Origin: an uncultured Dehalococcoidia bacterium
GTDB taxonomy: Bacteria; Chloroflexota; Dehalococcoidia; Lucifugimonadales; UBA3495
Direction of reading: 5' to 3'
Assembly: GCA_950072105.1 (NCBI GenBank)
Contig: CATMOE010000013.1
Span: forward strand, 1 to 63,546
Length of the DNA stretch: 63,546 bases
Part shown: in pieces, positions 20,526-29,519 of the stretch
Layout: every line of letters starts with the position of its first letter
How positions within the stretch are numbered: the stretch's first letter is position 1
Made by a program: the position numbers and the translations under genes
Notes under the pieces: generated by a model
Seen by the model: only the letters and a program-made list of their open reading frames with translations
Database searches by the model: none
What the model was told of the DNA's origin: nothing

Positions 20526-20612
20526 GTTTATCGCGAGTAGGACAAAGTCTATTCGCTGCTTCGAGTGTAAAATTTTCCCAATTCCCTGTCAAGGGATGTT
20601 GCAGGCACTTCT

Positions 20613-23600
20613 CTAGGGCGATTCCTCTATCTGCTTGATTCTGCTGGCCAGGAGCTGACCTTCACTGACTATCCCGGCTACTTGCACAACCATGCCTCTT
20701 TCCAAAATTCCATCAAACAGGGTAAGCGTCCGTAGGGAAAGTCTGTTGCCATCCACCGCGAATCCGGCGACGTTGCCATTTTCATCGTTTATGATCGATG
20801 TTATGGCTCCTTGAACATCGAACTCGATCCGTCCCTGATTCTCGGTTGATTCCCGTTCAGACTCGATATTTGTGGCGAGGAGAACGCCATCATCGATATC
20901 GCCTTGTATCTCCACGGCGCTCCCCTCGACCGGAGCTTCACCGGTGATGGCCATGGAGCTTACTACGAAATCACGTCCGTTCAACTTCAGTATTTCGGGC
21001 TGGCCTTGATCGTCATGATCGATGTCGTCTATGGAACCTTTAATCACGAACCGGCCCATCGTCGGCGGGTCCTCGGAGGTGTCAATATCCTCGATCTCCC
21101 GGGCCACGAACTCGCCATCGACGATGAATGCCCTGACCAACACGGGGGTCCCATTGTCCAGACCGCTTTTGACCTGGGTAAGAGTTTCCAAGTTTATCGC
21201 CACGCCATCAATCACGATGGCACGCGCATTTCCTGACCGGTTCCGTATCACCTCTTCCACCAACCCTTGTATGGTGGCTTGCACCCCGCCGAGGGCAGCT
21301 CGCCTTCCCCGTATTCTTAGCTCTCGCGCCATTATAGAACCGTCCGGAGCAAACAAGCCTTCCACGCTGACGCCGGCGCCGGAGATCAGGCTTCCCTTGA
21401 CTTGGGATAACGGGCCGACGGTAATTGCGATGCCGTTAACGGTCAATGTGCCGTCCGGATCTACCCGGTCCAATATCCCTTGCATGTCTACTGGGCTAGA
21501 ACCCGGATAATCGCGTAGCGCCGACTCGTCCTTTAATACAACTCCCATCGCCAATAGTGAGCCACCCCTTTGAATCAGTATTTCCACTTCGACGAAGTCA
21601 CCGGTCTGAATGTCTCCCTCTGACTCAGTCAGGATGCCCCGCGCGATCGTGACCCCTTGAATCACCAGCGATCCATTGTCCAGCACTTCCTCGATAACGC
21701 CCGTTAATTCGGCCCGGTTCCCTGACAGCCGTCCAACCGGCGTCTCACCTGAGATACTTCGGGCCAATAGAGAACCATCTTCCTGACGGATGGCTTCTAC
21801 TGCGATGGTCCGTCTCAGAGTTGGACTGCCTTCTAAGCGGGTGGACCGGTCAACGGCAAACTTTACTCCGTTGACCTCCCAATTTCCTTGGCTATCGACC
21901 CCTAAGAACGCGCTTTGCAACTTCAACACGGAGTTACCCGCTTCGGTGTATTCCGAATCGAGCCTATTTTCAATCTCCCTCACTAAGATGGAACCGCCGT
22001 CTCCAAGCCGAGCTAAGACCTTGATCGTCTGCCCTAACGACGGAAAGCCATCTGTGTCGGCGGTGACCCCCACCCTGATGTTCAACCCGCTGATAATCCA
22101 GTCACCGGTCATCTCATCGATGCCTTCAAAAACTCCTTCCAGTTTGGTTTCTCCAATGGCCTCTGAACCCATGGCCGTTTTTCCCGCCCGGCGCGCCAAC
22201 AGGCGGCCGCCAGGCATAAGCTCAGCATGAACCTTAATGGTTTGCCCCACCGTCAATCCTTCGTCAAGCTGGGTCAATGGGCCTATAGCTATCGGGATTC
22301 CATTCACGATCCAATTCCCGTCCTTGTCTATACCCTCAAGCACCCCAACGATTTTGGCCTGGTTGAAGGGGTTGAGACCGTCGGCCGGATCGCCGTCGAC
22401 TGCTTTCCCGGTCGATTCTTTCCTAGGAATCACGTTGATCTCTTTCGCTTCAGTGGAAAGCAGTCCGGTGAGCGGATCGCGAACTGCCCCAATTATTACG
22501 AAAGCGCCGACACCGATCTCAGATTCGCCGCGATGAAATCGCACCGGCGTATTCTGGGCCCTCCGGAAGATCACGGGCGCTGCTTCCGGCACCGTTGACG
22601 CAACGGTTATGTGAGTATCGGTGATAGCAACAACCTCACCTGGCACATGCTTGTTTCTGGTCTTAGCTGGAACGCGGACTATCTTATCGGCGAAAAATTC
22701 CCCGTCCTGTTCCACCAGGGATACCGCCACCAAGTCGCCGGCGATAAGGTCAGATAATCCCGCTTCGGGCTTGTGGGACATCCTTATGCTGGTGGCAGGG
22801 GTAACCGCGACGCTGACGATGCCGGCGTTGGTCTTGGCCGTCAGGATTCCCTCACCAGCAGACACCACGGTACCAAAGAAGTCCCGGGTCTGGCGCCTCT
22901 CCAAACGGTATGGTCCTATTACTCCCAATCCGATGTCCGTTTGTCCGACATCATCACCGATGCGTAAGGAAAATCGAACCGGCGAACTCAAGCCGACTCC
23001 GGGCAATTTCAGCATTTCCGCTTTGACCAAAAATTGTCCATCGTCCCGAACAATAAATCTGGTGATGCCACCGGATGCCCCATCATATTTAAAGCCTAGA
23101 TCGTTGGATTCTCGGACAAAGGATGCCGCTGGAATGGTTTGGGTAAACCCGTCGAATCTTACGGTGATAGCTTCATTTGGCATATTGATTCCATTGCTAA
23201 AACCGCCGGTCCTGAAAGTGCCCTCCACCAAAAACTCGTCCCTAGGAGACCCACCCTCAAGTGCCACTTCCGCATTGTGAATAACGAAATCGGCGAAGGG
23301 GGAAACAACAGTGTATGAAAGGGAGGCCGTGGTCGAGTTCCCGGCGCGATCAATCGCAGTGATGGAAAATTCATGGGGGCCGAGGCTGCTTGTGTCGACA
23401 GATAATCCAGTCTGAGTGGTGCCGGTAGCTTTATCGACTCCTGACAGGGTGTCTCTGACTTCCCAAGCGGTCAGCACCGGCTCTGACAACAGAAATTCAG
23501 CACCCTGGGCCGGCGATTTTATGACCACGATCGGGGGAGTTTTGTCGATGTTTATCCCCGTCAACGTCGCGGTAGCGATGTTGCCCGCGCTGTCTATCGC

Positions 23601-24368
23601 GATACCCCCAACGCTTTGGCGGTTTCCTTCCCGGACTAAGGTTGAATCCCCTTCGCAGGTTACGATTTTAGAGGCGATGTCGGAGCAGGTGAAAGTAACC
23701 GCCACGTCGGTGTTGTTCCATCCGTTGGCGTTGGGAGATGGGGACACACGGCCCAAGATCGTGGGCATGGAAGTGTCCTCCACGGTCACCACGAAGTGCT
23801 CACCCGCGACGTTTCCGGAAGCGTCGATGCCGGTGCAACTGACGATGGTTGCGCCCAACGGGAACACTGAGCCGGAAAGCGGGTCGCACACCACCACCGG
23901 TCCCGGGTCAACCGTATCTGACGCGCTATTCGCGTAGATCACCAGCGCCCCTAATCTGCTGCTGGCCTCGGTCTTGAAACTGGCCGGAAGAGTGAGAGTG
24001 GGCGGAGTGATGTCCCGCACCGTAACCGGGAAGCTACCGCTGCTGGAATTTCCGGCCGCATCGGTAGCAGTGCAGGACACCGTCGTCGTCCCAAGGGGGA
24101 ATACCGTGCCCGACGCCGGGTTGCAAACCAAAGGCGGATCGGGGTCAGATACGTCTCTAGCCGTGGCCACATACGTCACGGCAACGCCCTGTCTGCTGAT
24201 TGACTCCACGGTGATGCTCCCCGGAAGAGCCAACTGAGGCGGTGTGGTGTCGGGCGTCTGCGACTGTGCCGCGGCGGTTCGAATCCCTAGAGGATTCAGA
24301 GCAACCGTGGCCCATATCAAAAGCAGGCAAACCGCTATCCCGCCGAGTTTTAACACGCTAATACCCAT
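20613..24368 (-). CDS. Secreted surface protein with HYR/Ig-like repeats and multiple DUF5666 repeats
   Basis: Signal peptide; DTTPP...GTVFPLGTTTVSCTATDAAGN HYR repeats; repeated G.I.......W.VNG......T....G..V.V.......LLA..I units. Confidence 0.85.
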   Translation of the reverse strand: MGISVLKLGGIAVCLLLIWATVALNPLGIRTAAAQSQTPDTTPPQLALPGSITVESISRQGVAVTYVATARDVSDPDPPLVCNPASGTVFPLGTTTVSCTATDAAGNSSSGSFPVTVRDITPPTLTLPASFKTEASSRLGALVIYANSASDTVDPGPVVVCDPLSGSVFPLGATIVSCTGIDASGNVAGEHFVVTVEDTSMPTILGRVSPSPNANGWNNTDVAVTFTCSDIASKIVTCEGDSTLVREGNRQSVGGIAIDSAGNIATATLTGINIDKTPPIVVIKSPAQGAEFLLSEPVLTAWEVRDTLSGVDKATGTTQTGLSVDTSSLGPHEFSITAIDRAGNSTTASLSYTVVSPFADFVIHNAEVALEGGSPRDEFLVEGTFRTGGFSNGINMPNEAITVRFDGFTQTIPAASFVRESNDLGFKYDGASGGITRFIVRDDGQFLVKAEMLKLPGVGLSSPVRFSLRIGDDVGQTDIGLGVIGPYRLERRQTRDFFGTVVSAGEGILTAKTNAGIVSVAVTPATSIRMSHKPEAGLSDLIAGDLVAVSLVEQDGEFFADKIVRVPAKTRNKHVPGEVVAITDTHITVASTVPEAAPVIFRRAQNTPVRFHRGESEIGVGAFVIIGAVRDPLTGLLSTEAKEINVIPRKESTGKAVDGDPADGLNPFNQAKIVGVLEGIDKDGNWIVNGIPIAIGPLTQLDEGLTVGQTIKVHAELMPGGRLLARRAGKTAMGSEAIGETKLEGVFEGIDEMTGDWIISGLNIRVGVTADTDGFPSLGQTIKVLARLGDGGSILVREIENRLDSEYTEAGNSVLKLQSAFLGVDSQGNWEVNGVKFAVDRSTRLEGSPTLRRTIAVEAIRQEDGSLLARSISGETPVGRLSGNRAELTGVIEEVLDNGSLVIQGVTIARGILTESEGDIQTGDFVEVEILIQRGGSLLAMGVVLKDESALRDYPGSSPVDMQGILDRVDPDGTLTVNGIAITVGPLSQVKGSLISGAGVSVEGLFAPDGSIMARELRIRGRRAALGGVQATIQGLVEEVIRNRSGNARAIVIDGVAINLETLTQVKSGLDNGTPVLVRAFIVDGEFVAREIEDIDTSEDPPTMGRFVIKGSIDDIDHDDQGQPEILKLNGRDFVVSSMAITGEAPVEGSAVEIQGDIDDGVLLATNIESERESTENQGRIEFDVQGAITSIINDENGNVAGFAVDGNRLSLRTLTLFDGILERGMVVQVAGIVSEGQLLASRIKQIEESP

Positions 24369-24391
24369 GTCCTACCTTCGGATCCTCCACA

Positions 24392-25258
24392 TTAAGGCCG
24401 GTAAATAACCGCCGTCACCGCACTCATCACCTGACCATCGCTGTTGGTAGATACTACGTCGATGATGTTGGGTCCGGGTTCCAGCGCCACCAAAGTTGAG
24501 AAGTTGCCCACGAGATCGATGGCCGAGGAGGCGCCGTTAACGCTAACCACCGCTTCCGGCCCGGTGCGCCCTGAAAGCCGAATGATGCCCGTGGAAACGA
24601 TGCTCTGGTCACGGGGCTCGGTAATCACCAGCAAGAACGGCAGCGGTGGCGGCGCGATGGACCTCACGGTGAGTATCCGGGTCGATTGGTTCCCCAGGTT
24701 ATCGGAAGCCACCACGGTTATTTCGTTGTCTCCGGGCACAAGCGTTGCCGATCCCCGGAACGCCGCCCCTTGTTCGCCATTCTGTTCCAAAATAGCGGGA
24801 ACGTCATTGATGGTAACCGCCGCGCCGGATTCCGTGATTCCTCGTACGATCACAGCGTCGCTCGATACCTCGATTCCATCCGTCGGTTCATACACTTCAA
24901 GGAACAATTCGGGTATAGGACCCTGAGTTGGCGGCGGCGTCACCGTAGGGGAGAGCGTGGGAGGAGGCACGGGCGAGATCGTTGGAGCCGGAGAGGGGGC
25001 GGGCTTCGGCGTGGCAGTAGGAGACTGGGGCGTTGGGGTCGGCGATTCCGGGACGCTGGTTACTTCAGGAACCGGTGTAAACGAGGGTGCGACTACCGGC
25101 GTCGCCGTTGGGATGCGCGTCGAAACTGCGTTGCTGACCGTGGGTGGAACGGTGACCGGGTTAACGGGCGTCCGCGGTACCGTCTGAAAACAGCCTGTCA
25201 GCATCATTATCATTCCGGCCAAAAGGAAACACAACCATATCCCGGCTCGCTTCACCAA
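24392..25258 (-). CDS. Lipoprotein with PT linker and two Ig-like domains
   Basis: Lipobox LTGC; L.PG.N.I.VV repeats. Confidence 0.8.
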   Translation of the reverse strand: MVKRAGIWLCFLLAGMIMMLTGCFQTVPRTPVNPVTVPPTVSNAVSTRIPTATPVVAPSFTPVPEVTSVPESPTPTPQSPTATPKPAPSPAPTISPVPPPTLSPTVTPPPTQGPIPELFLEVYEPTDGIEVSSDAVIVRGITESGAAVTINDVPAILEQNGEQGAAFRGSATLVPGDNEITVVASDNLGNQSTRILTVRSIAPPPLPFLLVITEPRDQSIVSTGIIRLSGRTGPEAVVSVNGASSAIDLVGNFSTLVALEPGPNIIDVVSTNSDGQVMSAVTAVIYRP

Positions 25259-25318
25259 GCTGTCTCCCCTAATGGACCCTTCCCCACCGCCAAGTATTCC
25301 AGCCTCAGTAACCGGGCG

Positions 25319-26314
25319 CTACTCCTCTGGATTCATGGGCATCTCAAGAATAAACGAAGTATGGTGGTTTTCATCAGAACCGGCAACGCTTTCCAGGGTA
25401 AGGCCGCCATCCCAATGGCTTGCCAGCGTCTGGGCAATGAACAAACCCAACCCGGAACTGGATTTTTCCTCTCTCCTGGCAACTTCAGGCGTCCAACCGT
25501 GGTCGAAGATATGTCGGGCGTATTGGCTGGGGATACCCGGCCCGTCGTCCCAAACCCGAATCATGAAGTGCGTATCGTTCTTACTCAGGGTAACTTCGAT
25601 ATGGCTATCCGCGAATCGCACCGCGTTATCAACCAAGTTGGTCACGATATGTTCGATCGCAGATCCGTCTGAATATACGAGGCCGAACTCGGAAGGCTCC
25701 GCCCACCAGGAGATCTCTTTGTCGGATTGCTCGGCAACCAAAGTGTAACGGTCAACTATCTTACGTATCAACTCCGAAGGCTCAACCGCCTGGGGACGGG
25801 TCGATCTATCGGGACCCTCCAATTGCACCAATACCTGAATATTGGACAACATCAGGCGGAAATTGGGGGTCTGCATCTCTATCTCGTCGAGTAATTCCTG
25901 TACGTTAGGGTCGGTTTCTGCTCCGGCGAACTTCAGCACCGCCCGCAATTCCCGTTCTTTTCCGGAGATCCTTCTTATGGGCCGGCCTAGGTCATGGTCA
26001 AAGAGATCGAAATACCTCTGGGTAACCTCACTCCAATCGTGGAAACCGTTGTTGTTACCGGCTTCAACGCCACGGCTTTTGTTCATCACGCTGTTCACGG
26101 TGTAGGAAATCGAGACGACGCCTAGGCCAACGGCCGCCAGCACCGCACCGATGTAGGTTAACGGCTCGACACTCCATAGATTGTCAAAGGCCAAACTCCC
26201 AACGAAAGGCGCCAGGATAAGGCTTAAAATCCCCAAAAGGAAAACGATGCCACCGGCGGTCTTAAGCCTGTTCTGAATTCCGGCCCATCTGTGATCCAGA
26301 CCAATTAGAAACAC
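25319..26314 (-). CDS. Membrane sensor histidine kinase
   Basis: Two TM helices; H-box FDHDLGRP; N box NLVDNAVRF; DDGPGI; GLGLFI. Confidence 0.9.
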   Translation of the reverse strand: MFLIGLDHRWAGIQNRLKTAGGIVFLLGILSLILAPFVGSLAFDNLWSVEPLTYIGAVLAAVGLGVVSISYTVNSVMNKSRGVEAGNNNGFHDWSEVTQRYFDLFDHDLGRPIRRISGKERELRAVLKFAGAETDPNVQELLDEIEMQTPNFRLMLSNIQVLVQLEGPDRSTRPQAVEPSELIRKIVDRYTLVAEQSDKEISWWAEPSEFGLVYSDGSAIEHIVTNLVDNAVRFADSHIEVTLSKNDTHFMIRVWDDGPGIPSQYARHIFDHGWTPEVARREEKSSSGLGLFIAQTLASHWDGGLTLESVAGSDENHHTSFILEMPMNPEE

Positions 26315-26316
26315 GG

Positions 26317-27117
26317 CTATCCTCGGGGAGGCAGCAGGCGGTACCCTCGGTCGCGGACATTGATGATAAGCTCCCCGGCAGCGAATCTAACGCCTAACGC
26401 AACGCCCAGTACATCTTTTATTTCCCGTATCCTAACTCGCAAGGATGCCCGGGGGTCGTCGCCCTCGGAATAACGCTCCAGTTTACCGAAGGGGACCATC
26501 TCACCAGGGCTCCGGTACCATGCGGCCGCCAACTCACGCAGAATCTCAAACTTCATGCCTTGGATCTCGGATACCGGTATAAGGTCCTCGCCATCCTTCG
26601 TGTAGACCATCGCAGTCTCCACATCTACCAGGATCCGGTTTCCCACGGGGATCCTTTCCGGCGCCGTGCCGATCAAGCGGCGCAGCCGCAGCACGACTTC
26701 CTCCGGACTTGCCAGTTTGTCGATGAAATCAACGGGGGCGTCCCAAAGCAGCGCTCCCCGGGCCGCCGTGTCCCGGTCGGGTCCCTGGGCGTATTGAGTG
26801 AACATCAGGATGGGCAGCTTGGGGTAGCTCTTAACGATCTTCTGAAGAATCTCCAAGCCCTTGAACCGGTCGTCCCGGTCCTCTCCAAATCGAACATCAA
26901 GGAGAACACCGTCAGGGTGTTCTTCCTCGATCGCATACAGAGTGGCGGCCTCGAATTCTTCGCCTAAAGACCAGCCCGACTCAGGATGAACCACGGAGGG
27001 TACCCAGCCTTCCTCTTCCAATCTGCGGCGCACGGCCATCAAGATCGCCGAACTCGACTCGTCGTCAACGATGAGTATTTTGTTGACTTGCTTCGAGGCT
27101 CGCACATTACCACCCAA
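26317..27117 (-). CDS. Response regulator with receiver and winged-helix output domain
   Basis: ILIVDDE, LLDVRF, FT and FIDK; C-terminal LRVRI...INVRDRGYRL. Start codon uncertain. Confidence 0.88.
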   Translation of the reverse strand: MGGNVRASKQVNKILIVDDESSSAILMAVRRRLEEEGWVPSVVHPESGWSLGEEFEAATLYAIEEEHPDGVLLDVRFGEDRDDRFKGLEILQKIVKSYPKLPILMFTQYAQGPDRDTAARGALLWDAPVDFIDKLASPEEVVLRLRRLIGTAPERIPVGNRILVDVETAMVYTKDGEDLIPVSEIQGMKFEILRELAAAWYRSPGEMVPFGKLERYSEGDDPRASLRVRIREIKDVLGVALGVRFAAGELIINVRDRGYRLLPPRG

Positions 27118-27399
27118 CCGGGATTCTAACTATCCCGTGCTCAACCACCACCGGCACAACTTTCCAGAAACATTTTACCAGAGGGTCACTTACCAAATAT
27201 CACCAGAATATGCAGGTTGTTTCCGGTTTATGTAAATCGATCTTCATTAAACACCAGTGCCGAACGCCAATCCCTATTTTAATGCATCCAGCCGATTCTG
27301 GATACGGGTCATCGAGTGAGCCGGGGTTTCAGGCCCGTTTCTCTCATCGATTGGGTCCATCTCGTAAGACCTCCGGCGCCATAACCGGAGTATATCGGG

Positions 27400-27427
27400 T
27401 TGACAGAGGATAGCGCCCGTCTAAAAT
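27400..27427 (+). promoter_or_regulatory. Putative sigma70 promoter
   Basis: TTGACA-16 bp-TAAAAT upstream of the LLM gene. Confidence 0.6.
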
Positions 27428-27530
27428 GGATTAACAGCGCTGATTAGAAACGCCAATCGAAGTCCGGCCATGGGAAGTGAACAGAGATCGTCTGCGGGAT
27501 CCGGACCGGCATAACGTAAGGAGAGATGGA

Positions 27531-28697
27531 ATGATAACCAAGTTCGGCAGCCTGTACGCCGGTCACGTTGACCTGGACAACTTGGGGTTGGACGGAACAC
27601 CTGTCAATGACCGGTGGCTTTCTGACGACCACCTAGCGTCGGTATTCGACAAATCCGAAGCCATCGTTCTGGCGATGGAACGGCTGGGCTACGACACGTT
27701 CTGGGCCGCTGAACACCATTTTCAACGGGAAGGATACGAGTGTATCCCCAACTTGCTGCTGCTCTTCGTCCATCTGGCCCACTTGACCAAGAACCTCAAA
27801 TTCGGTTGCGGCTTCAACGTCAATCCCATGTGGCACCCACTGCGGCTGGCTGAAGACTTCGCCATGGCCGACCACTTGACCAAGGGCCGGGTGGTGTTCG
27901 GCATCGGGCGGGGCTACCACTCCCGGGAGGTGGAAACCTTCGGCAACCCCAGCACCGCCATCGACAACGACGCCAACCGCGAGTTGTTCGAGGAGCAAAC
28001 CGAGGTACTATTCAAAGCCTTCAACGAACGGTCGTTCTCCCACCATGGTGAGCATTACAACATACCTCCGGAGGTGCCCTATCGAGGCTACGACCTAAAG
28101 GAGATCACCTTGGTACCCAGACCCCGGACCTTGCCCGTGGAGTGCTGGCAGCCGGTGGTCAGCGCCAGCCAGAGAGCGATGGATTTCATGGTCAAATACG
28201 GCATCAAAGGCATCATCGGAGGGGGCGCCGCCTCCGGCGGTACAACGGATCGGGTTATGGAACAGTGGCGGGACACTTTAGCCCAAGCAGGACGGGAAAC
28301 CGAATTGGGCGGCGATCTAACCATTGGGTATACCATTCACCTAGCCGATACCGAGGAGCAGGCGATCAAGGAGGCCACTCTCTACTTCGAAGAAAACATG
28401 AAAATGTTCGCCCCATTGGGTTTTGTCCGGGGATTAACCAGCCAGCAGATCTCCGACCTAGGTGACCCGTCAAAAGCCCGCTCCGCTGGCTTGCCTACCC
28501 TGGAACAGGCCGTGGAATCCGGAGCCTGGTTGTGCGGTCCGCCGGAGTCGATCATCGAGAAGATTCAGGATGTGCAAGAGCGGTATCCCGGCCTTGAATC
28601 CATCAATGTAGGGTCGGTGATCGGAACGCCTCAAAAGGTGATCCTGGAACAACTGGAGTGGTTCGGCAAAGAGGTCATGCCCAAGTTCACCGGCTAG
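27531..28697 (+). CDS. LLM-class flavin-dependent oxidoreductase
   Basis: GYDTFWAAEHHFQ.EGYE and HPLRLAED.A.AD.LT.GR..FG.GRG; AAGGAG RBS before ATG 27531. Confidence 0.93.
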   Translation: MITKFGSLYAGHVDLDNLGLDGTPVNDRWLSDDHLASVFDKSEAIVLAMERLGYDTFWAAEHHFQREGYECIPNLLLLFVHLAHLTKNLKFGCGFNVNPMWHPLRLAEDFAMADHLTKGRVVFGIGRGYHSREVETFGNPSTAIDNDANRELFEEQTEVLFKAFNERSFSHHGEHYNIPPEVPYRGYDLKEITLVPRPRTLPVECWQPVVSASQRAMDFMVKYGIKGIIGGGAASGGTTDRVMEQWRDTLAQAGRETELGGDLTIGYTIHLADTEEQAIKEATLYFEENMKMFAPLGFVRGLTSQQISDLGDPSKARSAGLPTLEQAVESGAWLCGPPESIIEKIQDVQERYPGLESINVGSVIGTPQKVILEQLEWFGKEVMPKFTG

Positions 28698-28763
28698 TAT
28701 CGCAAGACTACACCGGGAGTTGAGCTGCGATCACGGCACGCTTCCGATCCAATGGTATCGAAG

Positions 28764-28792
28764 ATTGGGCCTCCAATAGGAGGTCCAATTTT
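28764..28792 (+). terminator. Intrinsic terminator
   Basis: ATTGGGCCTCC-AATA-GGAGGTCCAAT followed by a T-run. Confidence 0.7.
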
Positions 28793-28799
28793 ATGTTTA

Positions 28800-28851
28800 T
28801 TGACAAGGATTATTCGACTAACTATAATGATTTAGTCAATACGAATCATTA
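28800..28851 (+). promoter_or_regulatory. Consensus sigma70 promoter with overlapping palindromic (MarR) operator
   Basis: TTGACA(28800)-17 bp-TATAAT(28823); inverted repeat TAATGATT...AATCATTA at 28825-28851. Confidence 0.8.
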
Positions 28852-28861
28852 GAGTGAATGA

Positions 28862-29344
28862 ATGAACACAATTGACGACGTTGGTGGCACGGACGCCGGT
28901 AAGGAAGCGCTGGTCGAAGAGATGGGCGATCTGGTGCAGCGGATGTACGCCCAATGCCGGTCCGAGTCGACCGAGGGATGGACCGAGTTGGAGCTTACGA
29001 TGCCCCAGCTACACACCATGGCGCTTCTCAGCCAAGGACCCCAGCGCATGGGGGTCATCGCTTGGCGGCTTAACAGCAGCCAATCCGCGGCCACCAGCAT
29101 GATCGACCGTTTGGTCGACAAGGATCTGGTCGTGCGGGTGCCAGACAAAGATGACCGCCGGGTAGTCGCCTGCCAGCTAACCGGAACTGGAAGAGAAGAG
29201 ATGGAGCGCCTATGGCGGATCAACCGGATGAGAATCGCTAAGATGGCGGATTATCTAACCATTGAAGAGCTGCGCAGGGTGGTGGAAGCCATGGAATTGC
29301 TTTGTCTGGCCGGCCAACGTGCCCAAGAAAGCCCTGACCCCTAG
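28862..29344 (+). CDS. MarR-family transcriptional regulator
   Basis: LTMPQL; AT..IDRLV.K.LV.R..D..DRRVV...LT..G. Confidence 0.92.
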   Translation: MNTIDDVGGTDAGKEALVEEMGDLVQRMYAQCRSESTEGWTELELTMPQLHTMALLSQGPQRMGVIAWRLNSSQSAATSMIDRLVDKDLVVRVPDKDDRRVVACQLTGTGREEMERLWRINRMRIAKMADYLTIEELRRVVEAMELLCLAGQRAQESPDP

Positions 29345-29519
29345 GCACTCTCCTCGAGCCGCAAGTTTGGCTGGCCGAAGAGGATGAGGAAAACCGGGAC
29401 CATTGCCGATGAAACATAGTCCTATTTTCGGATAGAACCATGAATCAGCAGGTCTAAATATCTAAGCCGAAGAGCAACTGGGGCGGTGGGACCGCACCAA
29501 CATCCAAGGAGCTTTAGAA

